Positions 35,351 through 44,849 of a stretch of 64,000 nt of DNA are shown in pieces. Position numbers and translations under genes: made by a program. This DNA comes from Candidatus Dormiibacterota bacterium. Its GTDB lineage: Bacteria; Chloroflexota; Dormibacteria; Aeolococcales; Bog-877. A model generated the notes under the pieces. That model saw only the letters and a list, made by a program, of their open reading frames with translations, was not told where the DNA came from and did not search any database. How positions within the stretch are numbered: the first letter of the stretch is position 1; each line of letters starts with the position of its first letter. The stretch is taken from the NCBI GenBank assembly GCA_027306655.1, contig DAHUZL010000143.1:10645-74644 (forward strand), given 5' to 3'.

Positions 35351-37948
35351 GTGCGCCATCTCACAATCCGCGATCGTTTCCTCGACTTCTTCACCGCCCG
35401 CGGGCACCAGCGCATCGCCAGCGCCTCGCTCGTGCCGGAGCACGACCCGAGCCTGCTCCTGGTGAGCGCGGGCATGGTGCCGCTCAAGCCGTACTTCCTC
35501 GGCCAGCGCCTCCCTCCGGGACCGCGGCTGGTCTCCTGCCAGAAGTCGTTCCGCACCAGTGACATCGAGGAGGTGGGACGGACCCCCCGCCATGACACCT
35601 TCTTCGAGATGCTGGGCAACTTCAGCTTCGGCGACTACTTCAAGGAGGAGGCGATCGGACTCGCCCGGTCCTTCCTGGTCGACGACCTGGGCCTCGACCC
35701 CGCCCGCCTCCACCCGAGCGTCCATCCCGACGACCAGGCGGCGCGGTCGGCGTGGACGGCGATCGGCGGCGTTCCCCCGGACCGGGTGGTGGCGCTCGCG
35801 GACAACTTCTGGCAGGCGGGGGACACCGGGCCCTGCGGTCACGACAGCGAGGTCTACTACGACCTCGGCCCCGCCGCCGCCCGCGGCCCCGACGACCGTC
35901 CGGGGGTGGGCGACCGCTTCCTCGAGCTGTGGAACCTGGTCTTCATGGAGTACGACCGGGACGCCGACGGCGGGCTCGCCCCCCTTCCGCGCACCGGGGT
36001 CGACACCGGGATGGGGCTGGAGCGGATCGCCATGGTGCTGCAGGGGGTGGACTCGATCTTCGAGACCGACCTGTTCCGGCCGCTGGTCCTCCATTTCGCG
36101 GAGCGCGCCGGCCGCGACCCGGAGGCGGCCCCGGCCGCGGACCGGCGCCACCTGCGGGTCCTCGCCGACCATTCCCGGGCGGTGACGATGCTCCTCGCCG
36201 ACGGGGTCGTGCCCGGCAACGAGGGTCGCGGGTACGTCCTCCGCCGGCTGGTGCGGCGCGCGCTGGTCCATGCCCGCGGCCTCCGACTGGAGGGGGGGCT
36301 GGTGCCCGCGGTGGCGGTGGTGGAGGAGGGGCTGGGCCGCGTCTACCCGGACCTGGGCCCGGCCCGACCGGCCGTGGAGGCTCAGCTGGCGGCCGAGGAG
36401 CGCCGCTTCGAGGAGACGCTGGCGCGCGGCCTCGAGCAGTTCGACGCGGCGAGCGCCCGGGCCACCGCCGGAACGGTCGCGGGGGCCGACGCGTTTCGAC
36501 TCCATGACACGTACGGATTCCCCCTGGAGCTGACGGTGGACCTCGCCGCCGAGCGGGGCCTGGAGGTCGACCGGGCCGGCGCGCTCAGCCTGCTGGCGGC
36601 CCAGCGCGAGCGGGGCCGCACCGCCCGTGCGGGGCCGGGCGGCCCGACCGGGGGCGCCTGGGAGGGCCCGGCCGCGGGCCGGGCGACGCCGCCCGCCGAC
36701 CGTCCGGCGACGGCCGCGGTCCCCGACGACGTGCTGGAGGCGGAGGGACGGGTGCTGGCGGTGGGCCCGGGGCCCGACGGGACGCTGGAGGTGTGGCTGG
36801 ACCGCAGTCCCTTCTACCCGGAGGGCGGCGGCCAGGTGGGCGACCGCGGCTGGATCCGCTGGCCCGAGGGCGCCGCGCGGGTCCTCGACACGAGGCCGGC
36901 CGGGCCCGGCCGCATCCACGTCGTGCGGCTGGAGCGGGGCGCGCTCACCCCGGAGACGGCGGTCACCGCCAGCGTCGACCCGGACTGGCGCGCCCAGTGC
37001 GCTCGCCACCATTCCGCGACCCACCTTCTCAACGCCGCGCTCCGGGCGGTGCTGGGGCCGGCGGTGGTGCAGCGGGGCTCGACGGTCGGGCCCGAGCATG
37101 CCACCTTCGACTACAGCAGCCCGGCCCCGCCCACCGCCTCCGAGCTGGACCGGGTGCTCGATGGGGTCGCGGCCGCGGTCCGGGCCGACCTGGAGCGCCG
37201 GGTGGAATGGCTGTCCCTCGCGGAGGCGCGCGCCAGCGGCGCGGTGGCGCTGCCCGACGAGGCCTACGCCGACCGGGTGCGGGTGGTGAGCTTCGGCGAG
37301 GTGTCCCGGGAGCTCTGCGGCGGCACTCACGTGCGCCGCTCGGGTGAGATCGGAGCGGTCCTGCTCACCGGGGAGCGCAGCATCGGCAGCGGCGTTCGCC
37401 GGGTCGAGCTCGCCGCCGGCACCGCCGCCGACCAGCGCTGGCGCTCCGAGCACGACGCCCTCCGCCGCGCCGGCGTCGCCCTGGGGGTGCCCGGACTCGA
37501 GGTGCCGGAGCGCCTGTCCCAGCTGCTGGCGGAGGTCCAGCGCCTGGAGCGGGCCGGTCGGGACGCTCGGCGGGCGGCCCTCGGGGAGGCCGGGGCGGCG
37601 GTCCGGGAGGAATGGGTGGGGTCCCAGCGCCTGGTGGTGCGGGAGCTCGCCGCCGGCGAGGCGGCGCGCGAGCTGCGGGAGGCGGCCGACCGCCTCCTCG
37701 ACGGGCGCGACTCCGCGGTGGCGCTGGTCTTGGCCGGAAACCGCCTGGTCCTCAAGGTGACCCCCCCGCTGGTCGCCGACGGCATCCGGGGCGGCGCCCT
37801 CGCCCGGGCGGCCTGCGAGGCCGCCGGCGGGCGTGGGGGCGGCAGCGACCAGCTCGGCTCCGGGGAGGTGGATGCCGGCCGGCACGAGCAGGCGATCGGG
37901 GCGGTGCGCGCGGCGCTGGCGGCGGATGGCCGGGGCGGCGACCGATGA
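35351..37948 (+). CDS. alaS: Alanine--tRNA ligase
   Basis: FFEMLGNFSFGDYFK, DTGMGLER, GRGYVLRR, HDTYGFP, editing motifs HSATH and ELCGGTH, GGRGGG. Confidence 0.96.
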   Translation: MRHLTIRDRFLDFFTARGHQRIASASLVPEHDPSLLLVSAGMVPLKPYFLGQRLPPGPRLVSCQKSFRTSDIEEVGRTPRHDTFFEMLGNFSFGDYFKEEAIGLARSFLVDDLGLDPARLHPSVHPDDQAARSAWTAIGGVPPDRVVALADNFWQAGDTGPCGHDSEVYYDLGPAAARGPDDRPGVGDRFLELWNLVFMEYDRDADGGLAPLPRTGVDTGMGLERIAMVLQGVDSIFETDLFRPLVLHFAERAGRDPEAAPAADRRHLRVLADHSRAVTMLLADGVVPGNEGRGYVLRRLVRRALVHARGLRLEGGLVPAVAVVEEGLGRVYPDLGPARPAVEAQLAAEERRFEETLARGLEQFDAASARATAGTVAGADAFRLHDTYGFPLELTVDLAAERGLEVDRAGALSLLAAQRERGRTARAGPGGPTGGAWEGPAAGRATPPADRPATAAVPDDVLEAEGRVLAVGPGPDGTLEVWLDRSPFYPEGGGQVGDRGWIRWPEGAARVLDTRPAGPGRIHVVRLERGALTPETAVTASVDPDWRAQCARHHSATHLLNAALRAVLGPAVVQRGSTVGPEHATFDYSSPAPPTASELDRVLDGVAAAVRADLERRVEWLSLAEARASGAVALPDEAYADRVRVVSFGEVSRELCGGTHVRRSGEIGAVLLTGERSIGSGVRRVELAAGTAADQRWRSEHDALRRAGVALGVPGLEVPERLSQLLAEVQRLERAGRDARRAALGEAGAAVREEWVGSQRLVVRELAAGEAARELREAADRLLDGRDSAVALVLAGNRLVLKVTPPLVADGIRGGALARAACEAAGGRGGGSDQLGSGEVDAGRHEQAIGAVRAALAADGRGGDR

Positions 37949-39207
37949 GCCCGCGCCTCCCCGTCATCGGCGGCCGGCCCCGGGCCCGCGGCCACTGGAC
38001 CGCGCTCGACCTCGGCAGCGCCGAGGTCCGGGCGCTGGTGGTGAAGCGGGAGGAGGACCGCGCCGTGGTCCTCGGGGTGGGCCGTGCCGAATCCGACGTC
38101 CCGCTCCCGCCCGGCGGGTCGGCGCCCGAGCTGGCCGAGGTGGTGGCCGCGTGCGACCGCGCGGTCGAGGCCGCCGAGGACATGGCGGGGGTGGTGCCGA
38201 CCCGGGCGGTCATCGGCCTGGCCGGTCCCCAGGTGCGCGGGTTCACCACCTCCGTCGCCCGCGCCCGCCGCCGCCCGACCGAGCGGGTCAGCGCCCGTGA
38301 GCTGGACGACCACGTCGAGGGGGTCCAGCATCGCGCCCTCGCGGAGGCCCGCGCCGCGTTCGCGGACGAGGCGGGGGCGGCGCCGCAGCAGGTCCGCCTG
38401 GTCCACTCGACCATCACCGCCCTGCGCGTCGACGGCGCCCAGGTCGCCGATCCGCTCCGCTACCAGGGCGAGCGGCTCGAGGTCACCGTCTTCAACACCT
38501 TCGCCCTCGCCGGCCAGGTGGCGAGGGTCGAGCGGATCGCCGAGGAGCTCGACCTGGAGCTGGCCGCGACCGTCGCGGTGCCGTACGCGATCGCCCGTGC
38601 CGCCACCACGCAGGAGAGCCTCGAGCGAGGCGCGGTGTTCATCGACGTCGGGGCCGCCGCGACCCAGGTGGCGCTGGTCCGGGGCGGTCTCCTGGAGGCG
38701 ACCCGGGTCTTCGGGCTCGGCGGGCGCGCCTTCACCCGTAAGCTCGCGGCCGACCTCGGGTGCACCCCCGAGGCTGCCGAGCGGCTCAAGCTGGAGCACG
38801 CCCGGGGCGAGCTCCAGGGTGAGGAGCGCACCCGGGTCCACGGCTGCCTCGCGGAGACCGCCGAGGTCCTGGCCCAGGGCGTGGCGCTCACCCTCCACGA
38901 CCTCGCCCAGGGGACGACGCTCCCCGACTCCGTCCGGCTCTGCGGGGGGGGCGCGCTGGTGCCCGAGGTCGCCGAGCAGCTGACCATCCTCCGCTGGACG
39001 GAGTACCTGCCGTTCCTGCAGGCGCCCGCCTTCACCGTCCTCGGTCCCCACGAGCTGCCCGGCGTCCGCGACACCACCGGCATGCTCGCGTCCTGCGCCG
39101 ATGTGGCGGGGATGGGGCTGGCCTACCATGCCGTGGTCCGGGAGGAGCCGGAGGCGGATCTGCTCACCGGTGTCCTGCGGCGGGTCCAGGAGGCGATCGG
39201 CACGTGA
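37945..39207 (+). CDS. FtsA-like actin-superfamily ATPase (orphan paralog)
   Basis: ALDLGS, 1C/SHS2-like insert, FIDVGAAAT, GGRAFT, AERLK, LCGGGA, C-terminal amphipathic-looking helix. Confidence 0.82.
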   Translation: MSPRLPVIGGRPRARGHWTALDLGSAEVRALVVKREEDRAVVLGVGRAESDVPLPPGGSAPELAEVVAACDRAVEAAEDMAGVVPTRAVIGLAGPQVRGFTTSVARARRRPTERVSARELDDHVEGVQHRALAEARAAFADEAGAAPQQVRLVHSTITALRVDGAQVADPLRYQGERLEVTVFNTFALAGQVARVERIAEELDLELAATVAVPYAIARAATTQESLERGAVFIDVGAAATQVALVRGGLLEATRVFGLGGRAFTRKLAADLGCTPEAAERLKLEHARGELQGEERTRVHGCLAETAEVLAQGVALTLHDLAQGTTLPDSVRLCGGGALVPEVAEQLTILRWTEYLPFLQAPAFTVLGPHELPGVRDTTGMLASCADVAGMGLAYHAVVREEPEADLLTGVLRRVQEAIGT

Positions 39208-40928
39208 GCACCCCGCCCACCTACCTCTACGTCGAGCCCGGCGACGAGATCACCGACCTGGTCGACCGGCTGCGCCGGGCCGGCGCCGCCACCGAGCTGG
39301 TCTTCATCCTGCCCGAGGGAGCCCGCGCCCTGCGCACGCCGCTCGACCTCCAGCTGCTCCAGCAGTACGCGCGGGGATTCGGCAAGACGGCGACGATCGT
39401 CGCCGCCGACCCCAGGGTCCAGCGCCTGGCCGTACGCGCCGGCTTCACCGCCTACGGGTCGCTCCCCGGCCCGCCTGGCCCGGCGGCAACCGGCCCGGGG
39501 GCGCCCGGCCCGGCGGAGGCAGGCCCGGCGGGGGCAGGCGGGATCCTGCCGCCCCCTCCCGCCGCCCCGCCCCGGGGGCGGGGCCCGGTCCCGCAGGAGC
39601 CGGCATCGGAGGCGGAGCTGGCGCCCCCGGCGCGGGGCACCGTCGATCCCCCCCCGCGGCGCGGCCGCCGCCTGCGCGCGACCGCGCTCGGGACCGGGGC
39701 GGTGCTCTTCCTGGTGGGGATCCTCGCGATCCTGCTGCTGCTCCCCTCCGCGACGGTGGTGGTTGTGGTGCGGGCGACTCCCCTCCACGACGCCGTGACC
39801 CTGCAGGGCACCACCAGCCCGGCCCAGGCCACCCAGCTCGACTCGGTCGCCACCCAGTCGCTCCTGACCCCGCTGGAACAGGCCCAGTACCGGGCGGTGC
39901 CCACCGGCACCCGACACCTGCCCGGGGCGGCCGCGACCGGGCACGAGACCCTGGCCAGCGACGTGCCGGTCCCGCTCCAGATCGTGCTCCAGCCCGGGAC
40001 CCGGTTTGCCACCTCCGGCGCCCACCCCGAGGTGTTCACGGTGCCCGCCGCCGTGACCGTGGTCATCCCCGCCTGCAGCGGCAGCTGCGGCTCCGGCCAG
40101 TACGGGCCGCCCAGCCAGCCCTTCCCGATCACCGCCGCCGCGGTCGGGAGCCAGGGCAACGTCACCCCGGGCGCGGTCGTCACCTGGGTCGACAACCCCT
40201 GCCTGGCGAGTCCGCCCCCGGCGCAGTGCGCGATCTTCTCGCCCCCCCTGTCGGGGACGTCGTTCGCGGCCGCCAACCCGGAGGCGACCAGCGGCGGGCG
40301 CGATCCGACCAGCGTGACGATCTTCACCGGAGGCGATCTCGCCCTGGTGCGGCGCACCGATCACGCGCTGACCGTGCGCCTGATCCAGCGGGTGCGCCAC
40401 GACCTGCTCGCCGCCGCGGGGTCGTCGCTGATCATGGCGAGCGGCCCGAGCGGGTCGGGGGTGGCGGTCACGGTCACCCAGCCGACCTATCCCCTGGTGG
40501 GGGCGGTGGGCGCGCCGGAGACCCTCACCGTCACCGCCACCGGCGCGGCCACCGCCTACAGCCTCCAGGCGGCGCGACAGGCCGCACTGCGCGACCTGCT
40601 CAGCAAGATCCCGGTCGACGGGGAGCTCCTCGGGCGACCGCGGATCTCGGTCCCGACCGTGGTCCAGGCGGCCCCGGGTGGCTCCCTCACCCTCCAGGCC
40701 ACCGTCACCAGCTCCTGGGCGCCGCGGCTCGACCTCGCCCCCTACGGCGGCGACCTGGTGCTCAAGAGCCCGGGCTCGGCGCGGGCCTTCCTCCTCTCGC
40801 GGGTGCCGTCGGCGGCGTCGGTGCTGATCCGCCAGAGTCCCTTCGCGCTCCCCTGGCTCCCCCTGCTGCGCAGCCGGATCCATGTCGTGCGGCTGGCCCG
40901 GGCCGCCGGCGGGGGGGCCGCCGCCTGA
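39204..40928 (+). CDS. Bitopic membrane protein with baseplate J/gp47-like extracellular region
   Basis: N-terminal YVEPGDEITDLVDRL domain, Pro-rich linker, single TM helix (~39680-39750), GTRFAT, ITAAAVGSQGNV, NPEATSGGRD. Confidence 0.7.
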   Translation: MSTPPTYLYVEPGDEITDLVDRLRRAGAATELVFILPEGARALRTPLDLQLLQQYARGFGKTATIVAADPRVQRLAVRAGFTAYGSLPGPPGPAATGPGAPGPAEAGPAGAGGILPPPPAAPPRGRGPVPQEPASEAELAPPARGTVDPPPRRGRRLRATALGTGAVLFLVGILAILLLLPSATVVVVVRATPLHDAVTLQGTTSPAQATQLDSVATQSLLTPLEQAQYRAVPTGTRHLPGAAATGHETLASDVPVPLQIVLQPGTRFATSGAHPEVFTVPAAVTVVIPACSGSCGSGQYGPPSQPFPITAAAVGSQGNVTPGAVVTWVDNPCLASPPPAQCAIFSPPLSGTSFAAANPEATSGGRDPTSVTIFTGGDLALVRRTDHALTVRLIQRVRHDLLAAAGSSLIMASGPSGSGVAVTVTQPTYPLVGAVGAPETLTVTATGAATAYSLQAARQAALRDLLSKIPVDGELLGRPRISVPTVVQAAPGGSLTLQATVTSSWAPRLDLAPYGGDLVLKSPGSARAFLLSRVPSAASVLIRQSPFALPWLPLLRSRIHVVRLARAAGGGAAA

Positions 40929-40960
40929 ACCCGACCCACCGCCGCTGCCCGCCGGGGCGC

Positions 40961-41413
40961 GTGCTGGCGATCGACCCCGGGCGCGTGCGGCTGGGCCTGG
41001 CGCTGTCCGACCCGACCGGGCGGGTCGCCCTTCCCCACGCCACCTGGCCCAGCCGCGGCCCGGGCGCCGACGCGCGCGCGATCGCGGCCCTCGCGGCGAC
41101 GGTCGGAGCCACCCGGATCGTCTGCGGCCTGCCCCGCCGTCTGGACGGCTCGGAGGGGGTGGCGGCGGCGGCGGCCCGGCGGCTGGCGGCGGCGGTCGCG
41201 GACGCCAGCGGGCGGGCGGTGGAGCTCCACGACGAGCGGTTCACCACGGTGGCGGCGGAGCGCGCCCTGGTGGCGGGTGGAGAGCGTCGGGCCGCCCGCC
41301 GGCTCGCCGTGGACCGGGTGGCGGCGGCGATCCTGCTCCAGGGCGTGCTCGGGGGCGCGGGCCGGGGCCAGCTGGTCGTCCCGTCCGGGGCGGCCACCGC
41401 CGGGGAGGGGTGA
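40961..41413 (+). CDS. ruvX: YqgF/RuvX pre-16S rRNA nuclease
   Basis: LAIDPG, GLALSD, GLP, DERFTT, VDRVAAAILLQ. Confidence 0.92.
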   Translation: MLAIDPGRVRLGLALSDPTGRVALPHATWPSRGPGADARAIAALAATVGATRIVCGLPRRLDGSEGVAAAAARRLAAAVADASGRAVELHDERFTTVAAERALVAGGERRAARRLAVDRVAAAILLQGVLGGAGRGQLVVPSGAATAGEG

Positions 41414-42435
41414 CGGTGGGTCGCCGCGGATGGGCGGTGCTGGCGGCGGTGGCGGCGCTCGGTCTGGTCGTGGTCGGCCTGGGCCTGGTCGCCCGCGGCG
41501 AGCTGGAGCCGGTCCAGCCCACCCACCGCGAGCGGGTGGTGATCGCGGTCCGGCCCCGGGAATCCCTGGACCAGGTGGTGACCAGCCTGAGCCGCGATCG
41601 GGTCCTGCGCAGCGGCCTGGTCTTCGGGTGGTATGCGCGGCTCCGCGGCCTGCCTCAGGGCCTCCACCCCGGACGTTTCGTCCTCGACCGGGGGATGGGC
41701 GCGTCGGAGGTGATCGCGGTGCTCCTGGGCCCCTCCCAGCCGGCGCCGCGCACGGTCACGATCCCCGACGGTCTGAGCGCCGCCCAGGTGGCGGCGCTCC
41801 TGCAGCGCCAGGGGGTGGTGGCGGCCCGGGACTACCTGGCCCAGGTCGCCCACGGCCTGTTCGCCGGCGAGCGGCCCCTGCCGGGAACCCCGGCCGGCGC
41901 CAGCTGGGAGGGGATCTGCCTGGGCGACACCTTCCAGCTCGCCCGGGGCTCGTCCGCGCACGCGCTGGTGGCGCTCCAGCTCCAGGACTTCGACCGCCGC
42001 CTGCGTCGAGCGCTGCTGGCGGGGGCCGCCGCCGTCCACCTCACCCCCTACCAGGCGGTGGTGCTGGCGTCGATCGTGGGGGCGGAGGCGCCCTCCTCGA
42101 CCGACCGTCGGCGGATCGCGGGCGTCTTCTTCAACCGGCTCAGGCTGGGGATGCCGCTGCAGAGCGACGTGACGGTCCTCTACGCCCTGGCCGAGGCCGG
42201 GCTGCGTCCCGGTCGCCCGCTGCAGACCGGGGTGGCCTCGCCGTACAACACGTACCTGCACCCGGGACTGCCGCCCGGGCCGATCGCCAATCCGGGCGTG
42301 GGGGCCGTCCTTGCGGTGCTCCACCCGCTCGCCTCCCCCGACCTCTTCTTCGTGGCTCTTCCCGACGGCCGGGTCCTCTATGCCGCGACCGCCGCCCAGC
42401 ACCAGCGCCAGGTCCAGGAGGCTGGGCTCGGGTGA
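41410..42435 (+). CDS. mltG: Endolytic transglycosylase MltG
   Basis: N-terminal TM, VTIPDG, ASIVGAE, NRL..GMPLQSD, SPYNTY..GLPPGPIANPG. Confidence 0.93.
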   Translation: MTVGRRGWAVLAAVAALGLVVVGLGLVARGELEPVQPTHRERVVIAVRPRESLDQVVTSLSRDRVLRSGLVFGWYARLRGLPQGLHPGRFVLDRGMGASEVIAVLLGPSQPAPRTVTIPDGLSAAQVAALLQRQGVVAARDYLAQVAHGLFAGERPLPGTPAGASWEGICLGDTFQLARGSSAHALVALQLQDFDRRLRRALLAGAAAVHLTPYQAVVLASIVGAEAPSSTDRRRIAGVFFNRLRLGMPLQSDVTVLYALAEAGLRPGRPLQTGVASPYNTYLHPGLPPGPIANPGVGAVLAVLHPLASPDLFFVALPDGRVLYAATAAQHQRQVQEAGLG

Positions 42436-43106
42436 CCGGGGCGTGGGTCGTGCTCTGGGGGGTGGCCGGCGGGCTCCTCGGCTTCGCGGTGGGGCGTGCC
42501 TGCCTGGTCCTGGAGCGGTCGGAGCGGGTCGGCGACGACGCTGCGGCGGGCGAGCGGATGGGCCCCACCTGGATCGAGGGGTGGATGCTGCCGGCGCTGG
42601 GCGCGATCGGCTTCGCCGCGTTCGCCGACGCCCAGGGGGTGACCTGGCGCCTGCTGGTCCACAGCCTGTGGCTGCTGGTCCTGCTCCTGGTTCTCGCCTT
42701 CGACTTGAAGCATCGGCTCATCCTCGACGTCGTGACCTTCCCAGCCCTGGTCCTGGCGATCCTGCTCGCGCACTGGTCGCCCGGCCTGAGCGCCACCAGC
42801 GCCATCGCCGGCGCCCTCTTCGCGGGGATCGTGCTGCTCCCGCTGGCCGTGGCCAGCGACCTGCTCCAGCGCGGGGCCGGCTTCGGCTGGGGCGATGTCA
42901 AGCTGGGGATGGTGATCGGGGCGATCACCGGGATGAGCTTCAACCTCAACGGGCTGCACACCCTCTGGGCCCTGATCGCGGGCGCGCTGGTGGGTGGGGT
43001 GGTGAGCGCGGCCCTGCTCGCCAGCCGGCGGCTCAGCCTGCGCGACACCATCCCCTACGGCCCCTTCCTCGTCGTCGGGGCCGGCCTGGTGCTGTTCTTC
43101 CTCTGA
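42432..43106 (+). CDS. Prepilin peptidase-like A24 aspartic protease
   Basis: DLKHRLI, GWGDVKL, IPYGPFL. Confidence 0.88.
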   Translation: MTGAWVVLWGVAGGLLGFAVGRACLVLERSERVGDDAAAGERMGPTWIEGWMLPALGAIGFAAFADAQGVTWRLLVHSLWLLVLLLVLAFDLKHRLILDVVTFPALVLAILLAHWSPGLSATSAIAGALFAGIVLLPLAVASDLLQRGAGFGWGDVKLGMVIGAITGMSFNLNGLHTLWALIAGALVGGVVSAALLASRRLSLRDTIPYGPFLVVGAGLVLFFL

Positions 43107-43164
43107 CCGGGGCGGGGACGCCGGCGCCGCCGAGCGGCCCCCGGGCCGCCCATAGAATCGAGCC

Positions 43165-44319
43165 ATGTTGCGCCTCCTCACCGCTGGCGAGTCGCACGGC
43201 CCGCAGCTCACGGTGGTCATCGACGGGCTGCCCGCCGGGCTGCGCATCGCGGTGGCCGGGATCGACCGGGACCTCCGCCGCCGCCAGGGGGGCTACGGCC
43301 GCGGGGGCCGGCAGCGGATCGAACGCGACCACGCCCAGATCGTGAGCGGCGTGCGCGGGGGACGCACCCTGGGGTCGCCGGTCACCCTGGTGGTGGCCAA
43401 CCTCGACTGGGACAACTGGCGGCGGCCGATGCAGGTGGAGGCAGCGGGCTTCCAGCCCAAGCCGGTGCGCCGGGTGCGGCCCGGGCACGCCGACCTCGCC
43501 GGCGTGCTGAAGTACGACTTCGACGATGCTCGCAACGTCCTGGAGCGGGCCAGCGCCCGCGAGACCGCGGCGCGGGTCGCGGCCGGCGCGATCGCCAAGC
43601 GCTACCTGACGGAGGCCCTCGGGGTCACGCTCCACAGCTACGTCACCCGAATCGGCGCCGTGGCCGCGACCGTTCCCGCGGTGGTGGAGCCGGCCGCGGT
43701 GGAGGCGTCGCCGGTGCGCTGTCCCGACCCGCTGGCGGCGCGGGCCATGGTGGCGGCGATCGACCGCGCCCGCGCCGAGGGGGACACCCTGGGCGGGTGC
43801 TTCCGGGTCGAGGCCCGCGGCGTCCCCCCCGGGCTCGGGTCCCACCGCCAGTGGGACACCCGTCTCGACGGCCGGCTCGCCCAGGCGCTGTGCAGCATCC
43901 AGGCGGTCAAGGGGGTCGAGATCGGCGATGGCTTCGCCGCGGCCGGCCTGCCGGGGTCGAAGGTGCACGACGAGCCCTGGTACGACGCCGTGGGGCGCCG
44001 CTTCGCCCATCGCACCAACCGGGCCGGCGGGGTCACCGGGGGCATCAGCAACGGCGAGGTGGTGTGGTGCACGGTGGCGGTCAAGCCGATCAGCACCCTG
44101 CTCCGCCCGCTCCGCTCGGTCGACCTCGCCACCAAGGCCGAGGTGAACGCCCACTACGAGCGCAGCGACATCTGCGTGGTGCCGGCGGCGGCCGTCATCG
44201 GCGAGGCGATGATGGCGTGGGTGCTGGCGGAGGCGACCTGTGAGAAGTTCGGCGCCGACTCGATCACCGAGCTGCGCCGGAATGTGCGCGGCTACCGCGC
44301 CCGGCTGCGGCGGCGATGA
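43165..44319 (+). CDS. aroC: Chorismate synthase
   Basis: TAGESHG, RPGHAD, ERASARET, GGISNG, KPISTL, ERSD. Confidence 0.97.
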   Translation: MLRLLTAGESHGPQLTVVIDGLPAGLRIAVAGIDRDLRRRQGGYGRGGRQRIERDHAQIVSGVRGGRTLGSPVTLVVANLDWDNWRRPMQVEAAGFQPKPVRRVRPGHADLAGVLKYDFDDARNVLERASARETAARVAAGAIAKRYLTEALGVTLHSYVTRIGAVAATVPAVVEPAAVEASPVRCPDPLAARAMVAAIDRARAEGDTLGGCFRVEARGVPPGLGSHRQWDTRLDGRLAQALCSIQAVKGVEIGDGFAAAGLPGSKVHDEPWYDAVGRRFAHRTNRAGGVTGGISNGEVVWCTVAVKPISTLLRPLRSVDLATKAEVNAHYERSDICVVPAAAVIGEAMMAWVLAEATCEKFGADSITELRRNVRGYRARLRRR

Positions 44320-44849
44320 CGCCGGCCCCCGCGCGGGTGTTCCTCTGCGGCTTGCCGGGCAGCGGCAAGAGCACGGTCGCCCCGCTCCTCGCGGCGCTGA
44401 TCGGGTGGCGCGCGGTGGACCTCGACGGGGTGGTGGAGGCGCAGGTCGGTCACTCGGTCGGGGAGATCTTCGCCACCGCCGGGGCCCGGTCCTTCCGGGC
44501 CGCCGAGCGGACCGCCCTCCTGGCGGTGCTGGGCGAGCAGCGGGTCGTGGTGAGCCTCGGGGGAGGCGCCCTCGACGACCCCACCAGCCGCGACCGGGTG
44601 GCGGCGGCCGGCGACACCCTCTGGCTGGACGCGCCCGACGCGGTCCTGGCCGCGCGTTGCGGGCGGGAGCCGGGCCGCCGACCGCTCCTCGCCGGCGACC
44701 CGGCGGCCGCCATCCTCCGCCTGCGGGCGCGCCGCGAGCCGATCCTCCGGGCGGCGGGCGCGCGGATCGACACCGCCGGGCTGGAGCCCGACCGGGTGGC
44801 GGCGGCCTGCCTGGCCCGGATCGGACGGACGGCGGAGGACCGGGGGTGA
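44316..44849 (+). CDS. aroK: Shikimate kinase
   Basis: GLPGSGKS, DLD, SLGGG, RPLL. Confidence 0.92.
   Translation: MTPAPARVFLCGLPGSGKSTVAPLLAALIGWRAVDLDGVVEAQVGHSVGEIFATAGARSFRAAERTALLAVLGEQRVVVSLGGGALDDPTSRDRVAAAGDTLWLDAPDAVLAARCGREPGRRPLLAGDPAAAILRLRARREPILRAAGARIDTAGLEPDRVAAACLARIGRTAEDRG

Noticed and set aside
39204..40928. Prophage or contractile injection system based on the baseplate-J-like gene
   Set aside because: No sheath, tube, spike, capsid or integrase genes nearby; the gene has a TM anchor and sits in a housekeeping operon.
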